Below, in pieces: positions 9,059 through 18,581 of a stretch of DNA of 64,000 nucleotides. Location: positions 1 through 64,000 of the IMG/VR virus record IMGVR_UViG_3300025536_000010; one strand, given 5' to 3'. The number at the start of each line of letters is the position of its first letter. The stretch's first letter is position 1. Both the position numbers and the translations under genes were made by a program. The notes beneath the pieces were generated by a model, which saw nothing but the letters and a program-made list of their open reading frames with translations, was not told where the DNA came from and made no database searches.

Positions 9059-10576
9059 ATGCCGTTCAAGTCTAAGGCCCAGAAGGGCTGGATGTTTGCC
9101 AATCACCCCAAGATGGCTGAGCGCTGGGCTCACCACACGAAGGACATTAGCGCGCTGCCCGAACGTGTTGGCAGCAAGGAGAAGCAGTCGATGGACCAGA
9201 TCGCTGTCCTCGCCCGGCAGGCGGCCGAGTCTCGCTACGTCGAGAAGCTCGCCGCCGACACGGAAGTCACTCCGAGCCTGATTCGGCATTTTGCCGGCCA
9301 GGTCAAGTTGAGCCCGCTGGCCTTCTGCAAGCTGGCTTACGCGAACCCCGACCAGTACGTCACGTTTCTCAAGCTGGCGACCGGCGTCAAATTGACGCCG
9401 CAGCAGGTCAAGCACGCTGCCGGCGCGAACAAGCTGGTGGAGTTGCTGCTCAAGGCCAAAGGCGCTGTCGGCCAGGGTGCCAGCGCTGCTGGCGGTATGG
9501 CCAGTAAGGGCCTGGCCGCAGCTTCGCCCATCGCCAAGTCGACGCCCGGCAAGATCGGTGCGGGCGTGCTGGGCGCGGGTGGTATCGGTGCAGGCGCTTA
9601 TTCGCTGCTGGGCAGCGGTGGTGCGCCTGCTGGTCCCACGGAACAAGCGGCCAACCTGGGCTCGCAAATGTCGCAGCCGGCGGCGGCTCCCAAGGCCATG
9701 CCGCAAGCACCTTCGGGTAGCGCGCAAGGACCGAGCGCGGGCAGCGGTGGTGGCGTCGATCCCAAGCTGCTGGCCCTGGGCGGCGGCGCCGCTGCGCTGG
9801 GTCTGGGCGGTTACGCCCTGGCGCGGCGGCGCAAGCAGGAGAAGATGTCCAGGGACGAACTGGTCCGCGATGTCGTGCGGCGCGTGCTGGTGAAAAGAGC
9901 AGCGGCGACGATCAAGACGGGCGCGGCCAAAATCCTCAGTGCGCACCTGAACGAAGTGGCGGCGCTCATGCCGCTGGAGAAGAGTGCCGCGGTGCGCCAA
10001 CTCCAGAAAGCCGTCGCCGAGGGCAAACCGCTCAGCCAGGCTATCAAGCTGGCGTTCCCGCTGCTGAGCGGTGAACAGCGCGGCATCATGGCGGTGAAGC
10101 TGACCAAGGCAGCGACCGAGTGGTTCACGCGCAAGACTGCCAACGTGAACTGTGGCCCGAGCAGCGGGGCCATGCCGACGCAAACGATGCAGACGTTCAA
10201 CGGTCCCGCGGCCCAGGGCATGGACCAGCTGAGCAAGATGGCCGAAGTCGATCCGATGGCCACCGGGATTGGTGCGGGTGGCGGCGGTTTGCTCGGCGGC
10301 ATGGCCGGCAAAGGTGTGGGCAACTTCATGGCCAACAGCGGCCAGAGTATGCTGCGGCAGGGGATGCGCAGCAATGCGGGCAGCATGATGCGGGCTGGCC
10401 GGGCGCGCGTCAACGGAGCGGGTAAATGGGCTCCGATCCTGGCGTTGCTCGGCGCTGGTTTGGGTGGCGGGATCGGCGCTTCGGCGGGCGGGAAACCGTC
10501 GATTCAGCCGACGCCGCCTGGCATGGTCGGTAAAGGTTTCGGTGGTGCTGCTGGCGCCTTGCAGCAGCAGCCCTAG
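9059..10576 (+). CDS. Gly/Ala-rich putative virion (internal/ejected) protein
   Basis: N-terminal MPFKSKAQ..MFANHP..A..WA module seen in phage proteins; several glycine-zipper hydrophobic segments; many K-x-A motifs. Confidence 0.6.
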   Translation: MPFKSKAQKGWMFANHPKMAERWAHHTKDISALPERVGSKEKQSMDQIAVLARQAAESRYVEKLAADTEVTPSLIRHFAGQVKLSPLAFCKLAYANPDQYVTFLKLATGVKLTPQQVKHAAGANKLVELLLKAKGAVGQGASAAGGMASKGLAAASPIAKSTPGKIGAGVLGAGGIGAGAYSLLGSGGAPAGPTEQAANLGSQMSQPAAAPKAMPQAPSGSAQGPSAGSGGGVDPKLLALGGGAAALGLGGYALARRRKQEKMSRDELVRDVVRRVLVKRAAATIKTGAAKILSAHLNEVAALMPLEKSAAVRQLQKAVAEGKPLSQAIKLAFPLLSGEQRGIMAVKLTKAATEWFTRKTANVNCGPSSGAMPTQTMQTFNGPAAQGMDQLSKMAEVDPMATGIGAGGGGLLGGMAGKGVGNFMANSGQSMLRQGMRSNAGSMMRAGRARVNGAGKWAPILALLGAGLGGGIGASAGGKPSIQPTPPGMVGKGFGGAAGALQQQP

Positions 10577-10598
10577 ACGTCTTCCGTTTTGTCCCCCA

Positions 10599-10647
10599 AA
10601 CGGGTAAGGTCGTGACCGCGACCAAATCAGTCACGACCTTACCCGTT
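10599..10647. repeat. Perfect 18-bp inverted repeat (13-nt loop)
   Basis: AACGGGTAAGGTCGTGAC (10599-10616) / GTCACGACCTTACCCGTT (10630-10647). Confidence 0.9.
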
Positions 10648-10670
10648 CAGCCCAGCAAAGGAGAATCACC

Positions 10671-11288
10671 ATGATGAACCGTCGTGAAGCCTTGAAAGCC
10701 GGCCTGGCGAGTTTGCTGACGGCGCTGAGTCCGTTCAAGGCCGCTGCCGATCCTGTTGTGGAAGCGTATGTCGCCAATGGTTTCGTGAACGAGGAACGGG
10801 TAGGCGACGATCTGATCGAGACGTACGCTTTCACCCGTGGTGTGCTCTTGGTCGGCGACATGACTCCTGGCTTGCTGGTCGCCGATGGTTCGTTCAGCGT
10901 GACTGTGCGCAAGGTGCAGCCCCGTTGTGATGTCAGCGGCTTGTTCACGCATCTCCTGGGTCCGTATCCCATCATGCAGGCCACGCATGACATCTTTGGC
11001 GACTGGGAGCGCTCGAAGACGAGCTTCTGGCGTCTGGGCCTGCTCAAGACGGACAAGACCTCGGTGTGGTTCAAGATCTCAAAACCACTTTTTACCCAGA
11101 TCGGCGTGAGCGTGGTGGCCCGGGTCAACAAACCGGGACAAACAGACAACCGGGGCGACGAGTTCGTGCCCCAATTCCCTGGCGACGATGGCACGATGAT
11201 GGTGACGGAGTGGGCGAACTTCATGAGTTGCGAAGAACCCAAACTCTGTCCAGCACCCAAGGATTATCAAATCCCGGGAGCACGCTAA
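10671..11288 (+). CDS. Hypothetical exported protein with twin-arginine (Tat)-like signal
   Basis: MMNRREALKAGLASLLTALSPFKAAA; RBS AAAGGAG. Confidence 0.65.
   Translation: MMNRREALKAGLASLLTALSPFKAAADPVVEAYVANGFVNEERVGDDLIETYAFTRGVLLVGDMTPGLLVADGSFSVTVRKVQPRCDVSGLFTHLLGPYPIMQATHDIFGDWERSKTSFWRLGLLKTDKTSVWFKISKPLFTQIGVSVVARVNKPGQTDNRGDEFVPQFPGDDGTMMVTEWANFMSCEEPKLCPAPKDYQIPGAR
11078..11096 (+). repeat. Dispersed motif, weaker copy inside CDS
   Basis: CTCAAAACCACTTTTTACC. Confidence 0.4.
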
Positions 11289-11342
11289 CGTCGCAGCCGG
11301 TGCAAGAGCGCCCGCTAACTCAAGAAAGTCACGGAGGACGCT

Positions 11343-14300
11343 ATGAACCCAGCAGCCGCTCCAGGCCCCGTTATCAACAACATCAACGGCGGTATGGCCC
11401 AGCAGGGTCGGTTCTCGGGCATGTTCGGCATGCACCCGGGTTTCAACTTCATGGCGGCGACGCAGCACGCCCAGCGGAACCCAAATGCAGCGGCTCACCC
11501 GACGATTCCGCAGCAGGGTATGGCCACAGCGGGTGGAGTGCAGCAGGCCCTGCAAAAGGCGAGTTTCGCGGCGCGGGGAGATTACCTGGACGACGTGCTT
11601 TTCGAGCTTTGGGAGGGGCAGAAGCGGGCGGAAGCACAGACAGCGGGGTCGATGGCGGCCGGAGCGAGCGCAACTGCGCCTGCGGGTGGCCAAAATGGTG
11701 GGCAGCAGCCGAACAGGTCGACGCGGGGCATGATGGGTGGCGGTTATCGCGGTGCGCGCGGTGGTGGCGGGCAAAACCACGGAGTCGTGGGACAAACCAG
11801 CGGGCCGCAACCGCTCGTGGGGAACGTGAACCCACTCGGGCAAATGGGCAATCCGATGGCTACCGCCGCCCGACAAGGCATGGCGAGCCTCGCCCCCCGC
11901 CCCTTTGGGGGGACAATGGCCCCACAGCCGCTAAAAATGGCGATGATGGTGCCCGGTCCTGGCGGCATGGCTCCGAACCCAGGCGCCACGGCCCCCATGC
12001 CGCCGCCTCCGGGGCCTCCGGGCATGGCTGCGCCTGGTGGCGGTGGGCCGCTGCCGCCGCCTCCTCCGAATGGCGGCGCACCGATCCCCGGACAGCCTCC
12101 GGTCGACCCCATGACAGGCCAACCGATGGACCCTGCTGCGATGGGCGGCGGTGCGCCTCCGGGGCCTATCGACCCCATGACGGGACAACCTGTGCAGGCT
12201 CCAATGGCCTCGCCGCCGGCTCCGCCGTTGCCTGCTAACCCGCGGCCTGCGCAAGCCTCGCCCAAGGACAGCCAACAGGCCCAGCGGGAGGCAAACATGC
12301 TGCGCATGCTGGAGCAAAAACAGCAGTCGGAGGCATCTGCGACCCCGCAGGACGCCAACGATGACATCCAGGCGCAGAGCATGGCTTTGGCCAAGACGGC
12401 TGAGTCGCCTGGTATGCGGATGATGCGTGAGAACCACAACCGCATCACGCTGGGCGTGCTGGGCGAAGACCTCCGCCGCAAGTACGGTATGGGGCCGTTC
12501 TCCAAGCGTGCCTCCGAGAGTGATTCGTTCTCCGACATGAACGAGGACGATACGTTGGGCAGCCCCAAGGCCATGAGCAAAGGCTGGCAGTGGCGCTACA
12601 TGAACAAGGACGTCGACGAGGGCCTCAGTCAGTGGTTGCCCAGGCTGTTCAAGAGCCAGCACACGCCTGTCAGTGAACTGCTGGCCTCGCCGGGCAAGCA
12701 GGGGCTGCTCGGCGGCCTGGGCGGGCTCGCGTTGGGTGGCGCCGGCGGTGCGCTGGGCGCCCAACATCTCGGTGCAAACCCGGTGCTCGGTGGTTTAGGT
12801 GGCGCCGGGCTTGGGGCGATCCTGGGCGGCCTCAGCGGCTATGGCTCGCGCCGCAAGAAGAATGACAAGCTGATCGACGCCATGCGTTTCATGCCGCCGG
12901 GAGCCACACTGGGCGAGATGGACCAGCTGGAGGCAGCCAAGAAAGCACCCAAGCCAGACCCCATCGCCGGCTCGGCGGTCCAAAAACTGGCTTTTGAGAA
13001 ATTCGCCCAGGCGCTCAAGCAGAGCATGGAGGTCGAGCAGGCTGTCCCGCTCGGTCTGGCGGGCGTGGGCGCTGGTGTTGGTATGTTCGCTGGCGGTGCC
13101 CAGGGACGCGACCTGGCCCAACGGAACATGCAGGCCCAACTGCCCGGTCAGATCGAGGCCGCACGGCTCCAGCACCGCAACTCGATGAACCAGGGCCTCG
13201 ACAAGATGTACGGCCGTGGCCTCGACAACTGGGCGAAGCGGCGGGCGGGTATCCTCCAGGAACGCATGGCCATCGGCCCGGACGGCAATTTCAAGGTGCC
13301 GCGTCCGGCGGGGAATGAGGGCTGGGAGCGGATGCGCGATCAGCATGGGCAACTCGCGGCTTCGGGGCCACAGCTGCGCCAGGGTTTCAATCCGCAGCAG
13401 GCCGCAGCCGCCAAGCAGAAGTTCCTGGCTTCGGGGCAGGCTCAGCAGTTCATCCAGCAGCAACGTGGGGCCTGGCAGAACCAGCTGGGACGCATGCAGA
13501 GTCAGGCACCTGGACAGGTTGCCGCGGCCGGGCGTCGGGGCATGCTGCGCGGTGGTTTGGCGGGCGGTTTGGGCGGCCTGGCTGTGGCGAGCGCCCCCAT
13601 GCTCATGGGCATGTTCGGTGGTAAGCAGGCCGAGGATGGCAGCATCTATCTGGAGAAGCAGGCCAAGGAGGTCACCTACACGGACCCCAAAACGGGCAAG
13701 CAGGTGACGACGGACCATGAGGCCCTTGGTAAGAAATGCGCGGAGATGCTCTACAAGACCGTCGACGACGGGGACACGCAGCTTATCCACGCCGCCATGC
13801 TCGATCACCTGCTGCGTCTCAATAAGCGCTCGGCTGATGCCGAGCGTGACACAAACTGCCCGCTCTGCGGCATGCTGCACGAGTTCGGGCTGGCGTGCAG
13901 CACCAAAAAGGCCGAGCAAGAGGATACCAGTCTCAAGTCGCCCAACCGCAGCGCCTCGGGCGAGAGCAAGGGCCTGACCTTCGCGCACCGTGCGGACGAT
14001 CACGCCACGGGTCCAGCGGCCTGGCAGAGCATCGACCGTTTCCTCTCGAAAGACGTCACCGTGAAGACGGACCCCTACAAGGGCAAGCACGGCGGCACCA
14101 AGAAGGACACGGTCAACTACAAGCTCGCCGCCCTCAGTGGTGTCGAGTCGGGCTTGCTGGGCCTCAAGGGGCGCCTGATGCAGCCAGGCGGTTGGCTGGA
14201 TGAACTCATGGATGCCCAACGCAGCCCCGTTCAAGCGGGCGGTTCGACCTTTGGTACGCTGCCCAAACTCAAGCCACCCGATCTCAAGGGTTTGCTGGGC

Positions 14301-16139
14301 AAGCTCACGGGTGCTGCTCCCGCTGCGCCCACGGACGCGCCTGCGGATGCGCACCTGGCGCCGTTGCCGGTCGCGCTAGCCGGTGCGGGTATTGGTTTGG
14401 GCGGTGCCGGTCTGGGCTATGGCCTGGGCAAGCTGATGGGTAAGAAAAAGGAGGAACCCGAGAAGAGTGGGGCGGACGCTTTGCGGGAACTATCGCTGAG
14501 CCCGGCAGCCGTGGGCTTCTTCGACTACTGCGACCGTTTGGGCCTCGACGCGACCCAGGTCAAACAGGCTGTCGACGTGGCGTGTGCCAAGTTCCCCGAA
14601 GCGGAAGGAGAACTGCGTCATGGCCTCGCCAAGCGAGCCCAGGCGCAGGTGCCCTTTTGCCTGGAGAAACAGGCGAACAAGTTGCGTGGGATGCTGAACG
14701 CCGGCAAGAGCGCCTGGGGCTGGATGCGCGGGGCCAAGCCCGTCATGGCGCAGGGCCTCCAGACCGCTCCGGTGACCAGGGCGACAGCTTCACCATTGGT
14801 GCAGCAGGCGGCGCAACTGCGGCAGGCGACGCCTGGCCTGGGCGTACAGCAGGCGATGGCGCAGGCGCGCTCGCAGCAGCCTGGCATGCAGGGCGTCTTC
14901 AATAACTACATGCGCGGTGCCACGCCCTACTCGGTGGCTTCGTCGGTCGGCCAAACGGCGATGGGTGGCCTCGGCGGTGCTTTCGCTGGCGAAGAACTGG
15001 GCCTACCTGGCGGTGGTTGGACTGGGGCCGCAGCTGGTGCGTTGGCCATGAACCCGATGGCCCGGCGCTTCATGGCCAGGAACCCCAGGAGCCTGGCTCA
15101 GCCCTTCATGCGGGGCGGGCAAGGAGCCATCGGCGGCGGTTTCGCCGGCAGCGCGATCGACCAGACAGCGGGTGCTCTGGGTTACGACACCAACGGGCGT
15201 TTCGCTCAGGCCGGTGCCGGGTTCGGTTTGCTTGCTGGCGGCGGACGCGGCCTCGCAGCCATGCGTGTCGCTCGCCACGGTGCGTTCTTGCCGGGCGTGA
15301 TGGCGCAGGCGTCCAAGATGTCGGGACCAGCGCGTGCGGACTTCTTGGCCAAGAACATGAGCATGGCGGGCCAGGTCAACTCGCTGGGCGCCAAGGCTAC
15401 GCAGGGCCTGGAGCAGTTCGCGCGTGGTTCAATGGCTCCCCTCACGGGCGTCGGCAAGACGGGCTGGAACCTGATGACGGGGGCCAAGAACCCGTTCAGC
15501 AGTGCCTGGAAGGGTGCGGTTCCGGGCACTCGTCTGGGACGCATTGGCGCTACCGTGGGCGGCGTTGGCATGGGCGCCACGGCGCTGGGCATGGGCTCGG
15601 AGTACCTCCATAACCGATTCAGCAACGCGGTCGATGAAAAGCTGGGCGACGTCTACAACCAGGCCATGCCGCAATTCCAGGATGATGCGGCGGGCTTCCT
15701 CGACCAGTACATGCAGAGTCGGGGTCTGATGAACGAGCAGGGCCAGTTCGATCCCATGCAGACGGTCAACCGCAACGGCGGCATCATGGGCAGCATGATG
15801 CAGGGCAGCGACAAGATCTTCCAGGGCCTGGGCATGGACCCGAGTCGCATGAGCCCCATGCAGAAGATGATGATTATGGGCGGCGCACTCGGCCTGGGCG
15901 GCGGGGCAATGGGCGGTTCGCCGGGCGTGGCAGGCGCAGGCGGCCTTGCCATGATGGGCGGGCTTCTGCCTACACTGATGCAGGGTCAGGGGCAGGGCGG
16001 ACAACGCTATTCGGGCTACAACCCGATGCAGCAGCAGTCGGCCCCTGGTTACGAAGGCCAGGCGCCTGGACAGAACCCGAACTCCCCACAGGCCCGCAAC
16101 GAATGGCTGCACCAGCAACAACTCCAGCAGGGAGGTTAA
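11343..16139 (+). CDS. Giant (1598 aa) Gly/Pro/Met/Gln-rich putative virion/ejection polyprotein
   Basis: RBS GGAGG; Pro-rich region with DPMTGQP x2; repeated glycine-zipper segments; K-x-A motifs between blocks. Confidence 0.65.
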   Translation: MNPAAAPGPVINNINGGMAQQGRFSGMFGMHPGFNFMAATQHAQRNPNAAAHPTIPQQGMATAGGVQQALQKASFAARGDYLDDVLFELWEGQKRAEAQTAGSMAAGASATAPAGGQNGGQQPNRSTRGMMGGGYRGARGGGGQNHGVVGQTSGPQPLVGNVNPLGQMGNPMATAARQGMASLAPRPFGGTMAPQPLKMAMMVPGPGGMAPNPGATAPMPPPPGPPGMAAPGGGGPLPPPPPNGGAPIPGQPPVDPMTGQPMDPAAMGGGAPPGPIDPMTGQPVQAPMASPPAPPLPANPRPAQASPKDSQQAQREANMLRMLEQKQQSEASATPQDANDDIQAQSMALAKTAESPGMRMMRENHNRITLGVLGEDLRRKYGMGPFSKRASESDSFSDMNEDDTLGSPKAMSKGWQWRYMNKDVDEGLSQWLPRLFKSQHTPVSELLASPGKQGLLGGLGGLALGGAGGALGAQHLGANPVLGGLGGAGLGAILGGLSGYGSRRKKNDKLIDAMRFMPPGATLGEMDQLEAAKKAPKPDPIAGSAVQKLAFEKFAQALKQSMEVEQAVPLGLAGVGAGVGMFAGGAQGRDLAQRNMQAQLPGQIEAARLQHRNSMNQGLDKMYGRGLDNWAKRRAGILQERMAIGPDGNFKVPRPAGNEGWERMRDQHGQLAASGPQLRQGFNPQQAAAAKQKFLASGQAQQFIQQQRGAWQNQLGRMQSQAPGQVAAAGRRGMLRGGLAGGLGGLAVASAPMLMGMFGGKQAEDGSIYLEKQAKEVTYTDPKTGKQVTTDHEALGKKCAEMLYKTVDDGDTQLIHAAMLDHLLRLNKRSADAERDTNCPLCGMLHEFGLACSTKKAEQEDTSLKSPNRSASGESKGLTFAHRADDHATGPAAWQSIDRFLSKDVTVKTDPYKGKHGGTKKDTVNYKLAALSGVESGLLGLKGRLMQPGGWLDELMDAQRSPVQAGGSTFGTLPKLKPPDLKGLLGKLTGAAPAAPTDAPADAHLAPLPVALAGAGIGLGGAGLGYGLGKLMGKKKEEPEKSGADALRELSLSPAAVGFFDYCDRLGLDATQVKQAVDVACAKFPEAEGELRHGLAKRAQAQVPFCLEKQANKLRGMLNAGKSAWGWMRGAKPVMAQGLQTAPVTRATASPLVQQAAQLRQATPGLGVQQAMAQARSQQPGMQGVFNNYMRGATPYSVASSVGQTAMGGLGGAFAGEELGLPGGGWTGAAAGALAMNPMARRFMARNPRSLAQPFMRGGQGAIGGGFAGSAIDQTAGALGYDTNGRFAQAGAGFGLLAGGGRGLAAMRVARHGAFLPGVMAQASKMSGPARADFLAKNMSMAGQVNSLGAKATQGLEQFARGSMAPLTGVGKTGWNLMTGAKNPFSSAWKGAVPGTRLGRIGATVGGVGMGATALGMGSEYLHNRFSNAVDEKLGDVYNQAMPQFQDDAAGFLDQYMQSRGLMNEQGQFDPMQTVNRNGGIMGSMMQGSDKIFQGLGMDPSRMSPMQKMMIMGGALGLGGGAMGGSPGVAGAGGLAMMGGLLPTLMQGQGQGGQRYSGYNPMQQQSAPGYEGQAPGQNPNSPQARNEWLHQQQLQQGG
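12980..12998 (-). repeat. Dispersed motif copy inside CDS (reverse orientation)
   Basis: Reverse complement CTCAAAAGCCAGTTTTTGG. Confidence 0.6.
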
Positions 16140-16140
16140 G

Positions 16141-16299
16141 ATGGCAAGCACTGGCGATCTGGCGCGTCGACTCTTCCGCCTGCGCACCAAGCGGGCCAGG
16201 CTCGAATGCCAGATCAGCCAGTTGGCTGCCCGCATAGCCAAGAAGCGTCAGCCGGGCGAACCGCGTCCGCGCTGGGGGAACTGTGCCAAGGCGAAATAG
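16141..16299 (+). CDS. Small basic hypothetical protein (52 aa)
   Basis: RBS GGAGG; MASTGDLARRLFRLRTKRARLECQ...; below ORF-track cutoff, translated by hand. Confidence 0.5.
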   Translation: MASTGDLARRLFRLRTKRARLECQISQLAARIAKKRQPGEPRPRWGNCAKAK

Positions 16300-16300
16300 C

Positions 16301-16498
16301 ATGGCCGCTTTCTACCTGGCTTGTGTCCTGGCCTGTGCCGACGAACGCGAAGGGGTTCGGCACCAGGCCAGCTATTGCCTCCAGCGAGGCGGATGGCATA
16401 GTCTGGGCCTTGTATTGTGGGGCACGCAGCACCCGGACCCGGAGGTTCGGCAACGCTGCCACGCGATCCTCGATCCGTATCTCTCACCGAAGAAGTAA
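16301..16498 (+). CDS. Small hypothetical protein (HEAT-like)
   Basis: HPDPEVRQRCHAIL resembles a HEAT repeat. Confidence 0.45.
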   Translation: MAAFYLACVLACADEREGVRHQASYCLQRGGWHSLGLVLWGTQHPDPEVRQRCHAILDPYLSPKK

Positions 16499-16508
16499 GG
16501 AGACACCG

Positions 16509-17015
16509 ATGCGCAACCCGACCTGGATCGTCACTCTCACCTTCGCCCTGGTCATCGCGGGTTATCTGGGCCTGGTCATCCTCGCGGAGGACGCGGCCAA
16601 AGGGGTCTATGCGGCCGGCATCGACAAGACAGCGGTGCAGGAGCCCGAGAAGATCGGCCCGCCCAAGGCGTATCAGCCCGAGCCAGGCTACTACATCTGC
16701 ACGGGCGGTCAGGAGCACAAGCTCTACGAGATGGTGCTGACGATCAAAGAGAGCCCGGCCAAGCGTGGTGTCTACATCGTGCAGTGGTCGAACACCTACA
16801 CGGGCGTCGGCCGCATGGAGGGAGACACGTTCATCGTGGGCTGGAGCGGCAACGGTTGTACCGGCTTTACCACCTACAAGGGCGTCTGGGATACCGAAAC
16901 CAAGAGGCACCGCTGGGAGGGCAAGCAGCTGTTCATCCCCTCGGATGGTGAACTCTACCCGGAGAAGTTGGAGTACCTACGGCCCTTCAAGGTCTTGAAG
17001 AAGGAGCGGGAATAG
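16509..17015 (+). CDS. Membrane-anchored/secreted hypothetical protein
   Basis: RBS AAGGAG; N-terminal hydrophobic helix WIVTLTFALVIAGYLGLVILA. Confidence 0.7.
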   Translation: MRNPTWIVTLTFALVIAGYLGLVILAEDAAKGVYAAGIDKTAVQEPEKIGPPKAYQPEPGYYICTGGQEHKLYEMVLTIKESPAKRGVYIVQWSNTYTGVGRMEGDTFIVGWSGNGCTGFTTYKGVWDTETKRHRWEGKQLFIPSDGELYPEKLEYLRPFKVLKKERE

Positions 17016-17060
17016 GCCACCGCCTGGGTAGACTGCTGCTGTGGCGATCCCTACGAGTTC

Positions 17061-17279
17061 GTGGACCGCGACCCCTATACGCAGTGCCTGGTCGTCAAGC
17101 ATAACCTGAGCCGCGTGGCCTGGCTGCCGGCTAAGCTGAGCACGGTCGGCCAGGCCCTGCGGTTCAAGCGGGACGACGGCAGCTGGGATGATGGCTGGAA
17201 GGTACTGGCCGCTTACCAGACGCTGCCTGAGTATCAGATCCCAGAGGGCCGGTTGACCAAGGCATGCAAGCGGAGATGA
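17061..17279 (+). CDS. Hypothetical protein
   Basis: QCLVVK..VAWLP..W..GWKV pattern; GTG start. Confidence 0.55.
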   Translation: MDRDPYTQCLVVKHNLSRVAWLPAKLSTVGQALRFKRDDGSWDDGWKVLAAYQTLPEYQIPEGRLTKACKRR

Positions 17280-18361
17280 CCATGCAGAACGACAACCGCA
17301 ACCCGTACATCACAGGGCCACGCTACCGCTGCATGCACGACACGCCCGCCCCCAGGCGCTCTCGCTTTTTCCACCCCGAGGCGGATGGTACGCCGCGCTG
17401 TTTCCCCTGGCGCTGGCTACTCTGGGCGCTGCTGGCCCTGCTCGTCGTCGTGCTGCTGAGCCTGGGCAAGGCGCACGGTCAGGAGCCGCCGGCCGATCCC
17501 GACGTACCGAAGATCAAGATCGCCCAAGAACACCGCGTCGCCAACCGCACGGACCACGGCATCTGCTGGTTCTGCTCGGCGGAGATGCTGGGCAAGCACC
17601 TGGGCATCATGCCGCTGCATACGCTCACCGAGCGGGTCGTGCAGACAGGCGTGGGCCTGCGTGGTGGGGCTACCGTGGAAGCGGTCGATCACTGGGTCAA
17701 GACCCTGGGCGTCAAGCCGCGCGTCAACCCGCACGGACGTAGCCAGGAAGGCGTGCGCTGGTTGCAAGCACAGCTGGATGCGGGCTTGCCCGTGGTTGTG
17801 AGCTACTACGATGGTCGCTACAAGGACGGCAGTCGAGCGACTCATGCCGTGCTGCTGACGCACATCACGCGCCAAAAAGTGGCTTTTGGAACTGGCCAGG
17901 ACTACTCGGTCCATTACGTCGATCCCAACGGCATGAAAGACCAGCGCTACAACTGGGCCTGGTTCTGGGACGCCTGGACGGGCAGGGCCTACACCTTCGA
18001 CCCCCGCGAGCAGCCGCCGCAGTTCGTGCAGGCTCCGCCTATGGGCGATCCGCGGCGACCTCTGGTGGCCACGCATTGCGTCAAGAAGATCGTCCACCCC
18101 GACGTGCAAGCGCGTATTCAGCGCTACGTCAATCCGCCTCTGGAGATCCGCCAGCAGCAGGTGCCAGGCACGCCGACGCACCAGCTGCCCTACAAGACGG
18201 ACCAGTACGTCAACGCGGTATTCAACGTCAAGCTGGCGAGCAACCAGGACATCAAGGACGGCGTTATGCGGCCTGACGATCAGTTCCGCTTTGGCTGCTA
18301 CACCTACCACGGGCACGACTACTTCTCCGAGTACAGGCAGGCGACTGGAGCGAAGAAGTAA
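17276..18361 (+). CDS. Membrane-anchored papain-fold cysteine peptidase (C39-like)
   Basis: TM helix, then GICWFCSAEML (Cys), THAVLL (His), YVDPN (Asp). Confidence 0.65.
   Translation: MTMQNDNRNPYITGPRYRCMHDTPAPRRSRFFHPEADGTPRCFPWRWLLWALLALLVVVLLSLGKAHGQEPPADPDVPKIKIAQEHRVANRTDHGICWFCSAEMLGKHLGIMPLHTLTERVVQTGVGLRGGATVEAVDHWVKTLGVKPRVNPHGRSQEGVRWLQAQLDAGLPVVVSYYDGRYKDGSRATHAVLLTHITRQKVAFGTGQDYSVHYVDPNGMKDQRYNWAWFWDAWTGRAYTFDPREQPPQFVQAPPMGDPRRPLVATHCVKKIVHPDVQARIQRYVNPPLEIRQQQVPGTPTHQLPYKTDQYVNAVFNVKLASNQDIKDGVMRPDDQFRFGCYTYHGHDYFSEYRQATGAKK
17872..17889 (-). repeat. Dispersed motif copy inside CDS (reverse orientation)
   Basis: Reverse complement CCAAAAGCCACTTTTTGG. Confidence 0.6.
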
Positions 18362-18492
18362 TGGACCAGCTGCTAATGACCCTCGGTATCGTTCTCTACG
18401 GGGCGCCGGCTGCGACCTTGTGGGCTGCTGTGCTGGCCTTCGTGCTGCTACCACCCGGCCTGGGTTGGCTGCTTGCAAAGGTGTTGCCATGA
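18361..18492 (+). CDS. Small hydrophobic membrane peptide (43 aa)
   Basis: MDQLLMTLGIVLYGAPAATLWAAVLAFVLLPPGLGWLLAKVLP; overlaps both neighbours. Confidence 0.45.
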   Translation: MDQLLMTLGIVLYGAPAATLWAAVLAFVLLPPGLGWLLAKVLP

Positions 18493-18578
18493 AGCGTTGG
18501 TTACTCGGCCTGGCGATCCGGGCGACGTTGCTGTACCGTTTTGTTCTGGAGGCGATCAAGGGTTGGTTCGGGAGGTGA
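18489..18578 (+). CDS. Small amphipathic peptide (29 aa)
   Basis: MKRWLLGLAIRATLLYRFVLEAIKGWFGR; ATGA overlap. Confidence 0.35.
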   Translation: MKRWLLGLAIRATLLYRFVLEAIKGWFGR

Positions 18579-18581
18579 GCC

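Noticed and set aside
11066-12238. 390-aa alternative-frame ORF on +
   Set aside because: Overlaps two better-supported genes; its Arg/Gly-rich composition is typical of an off-frame read.
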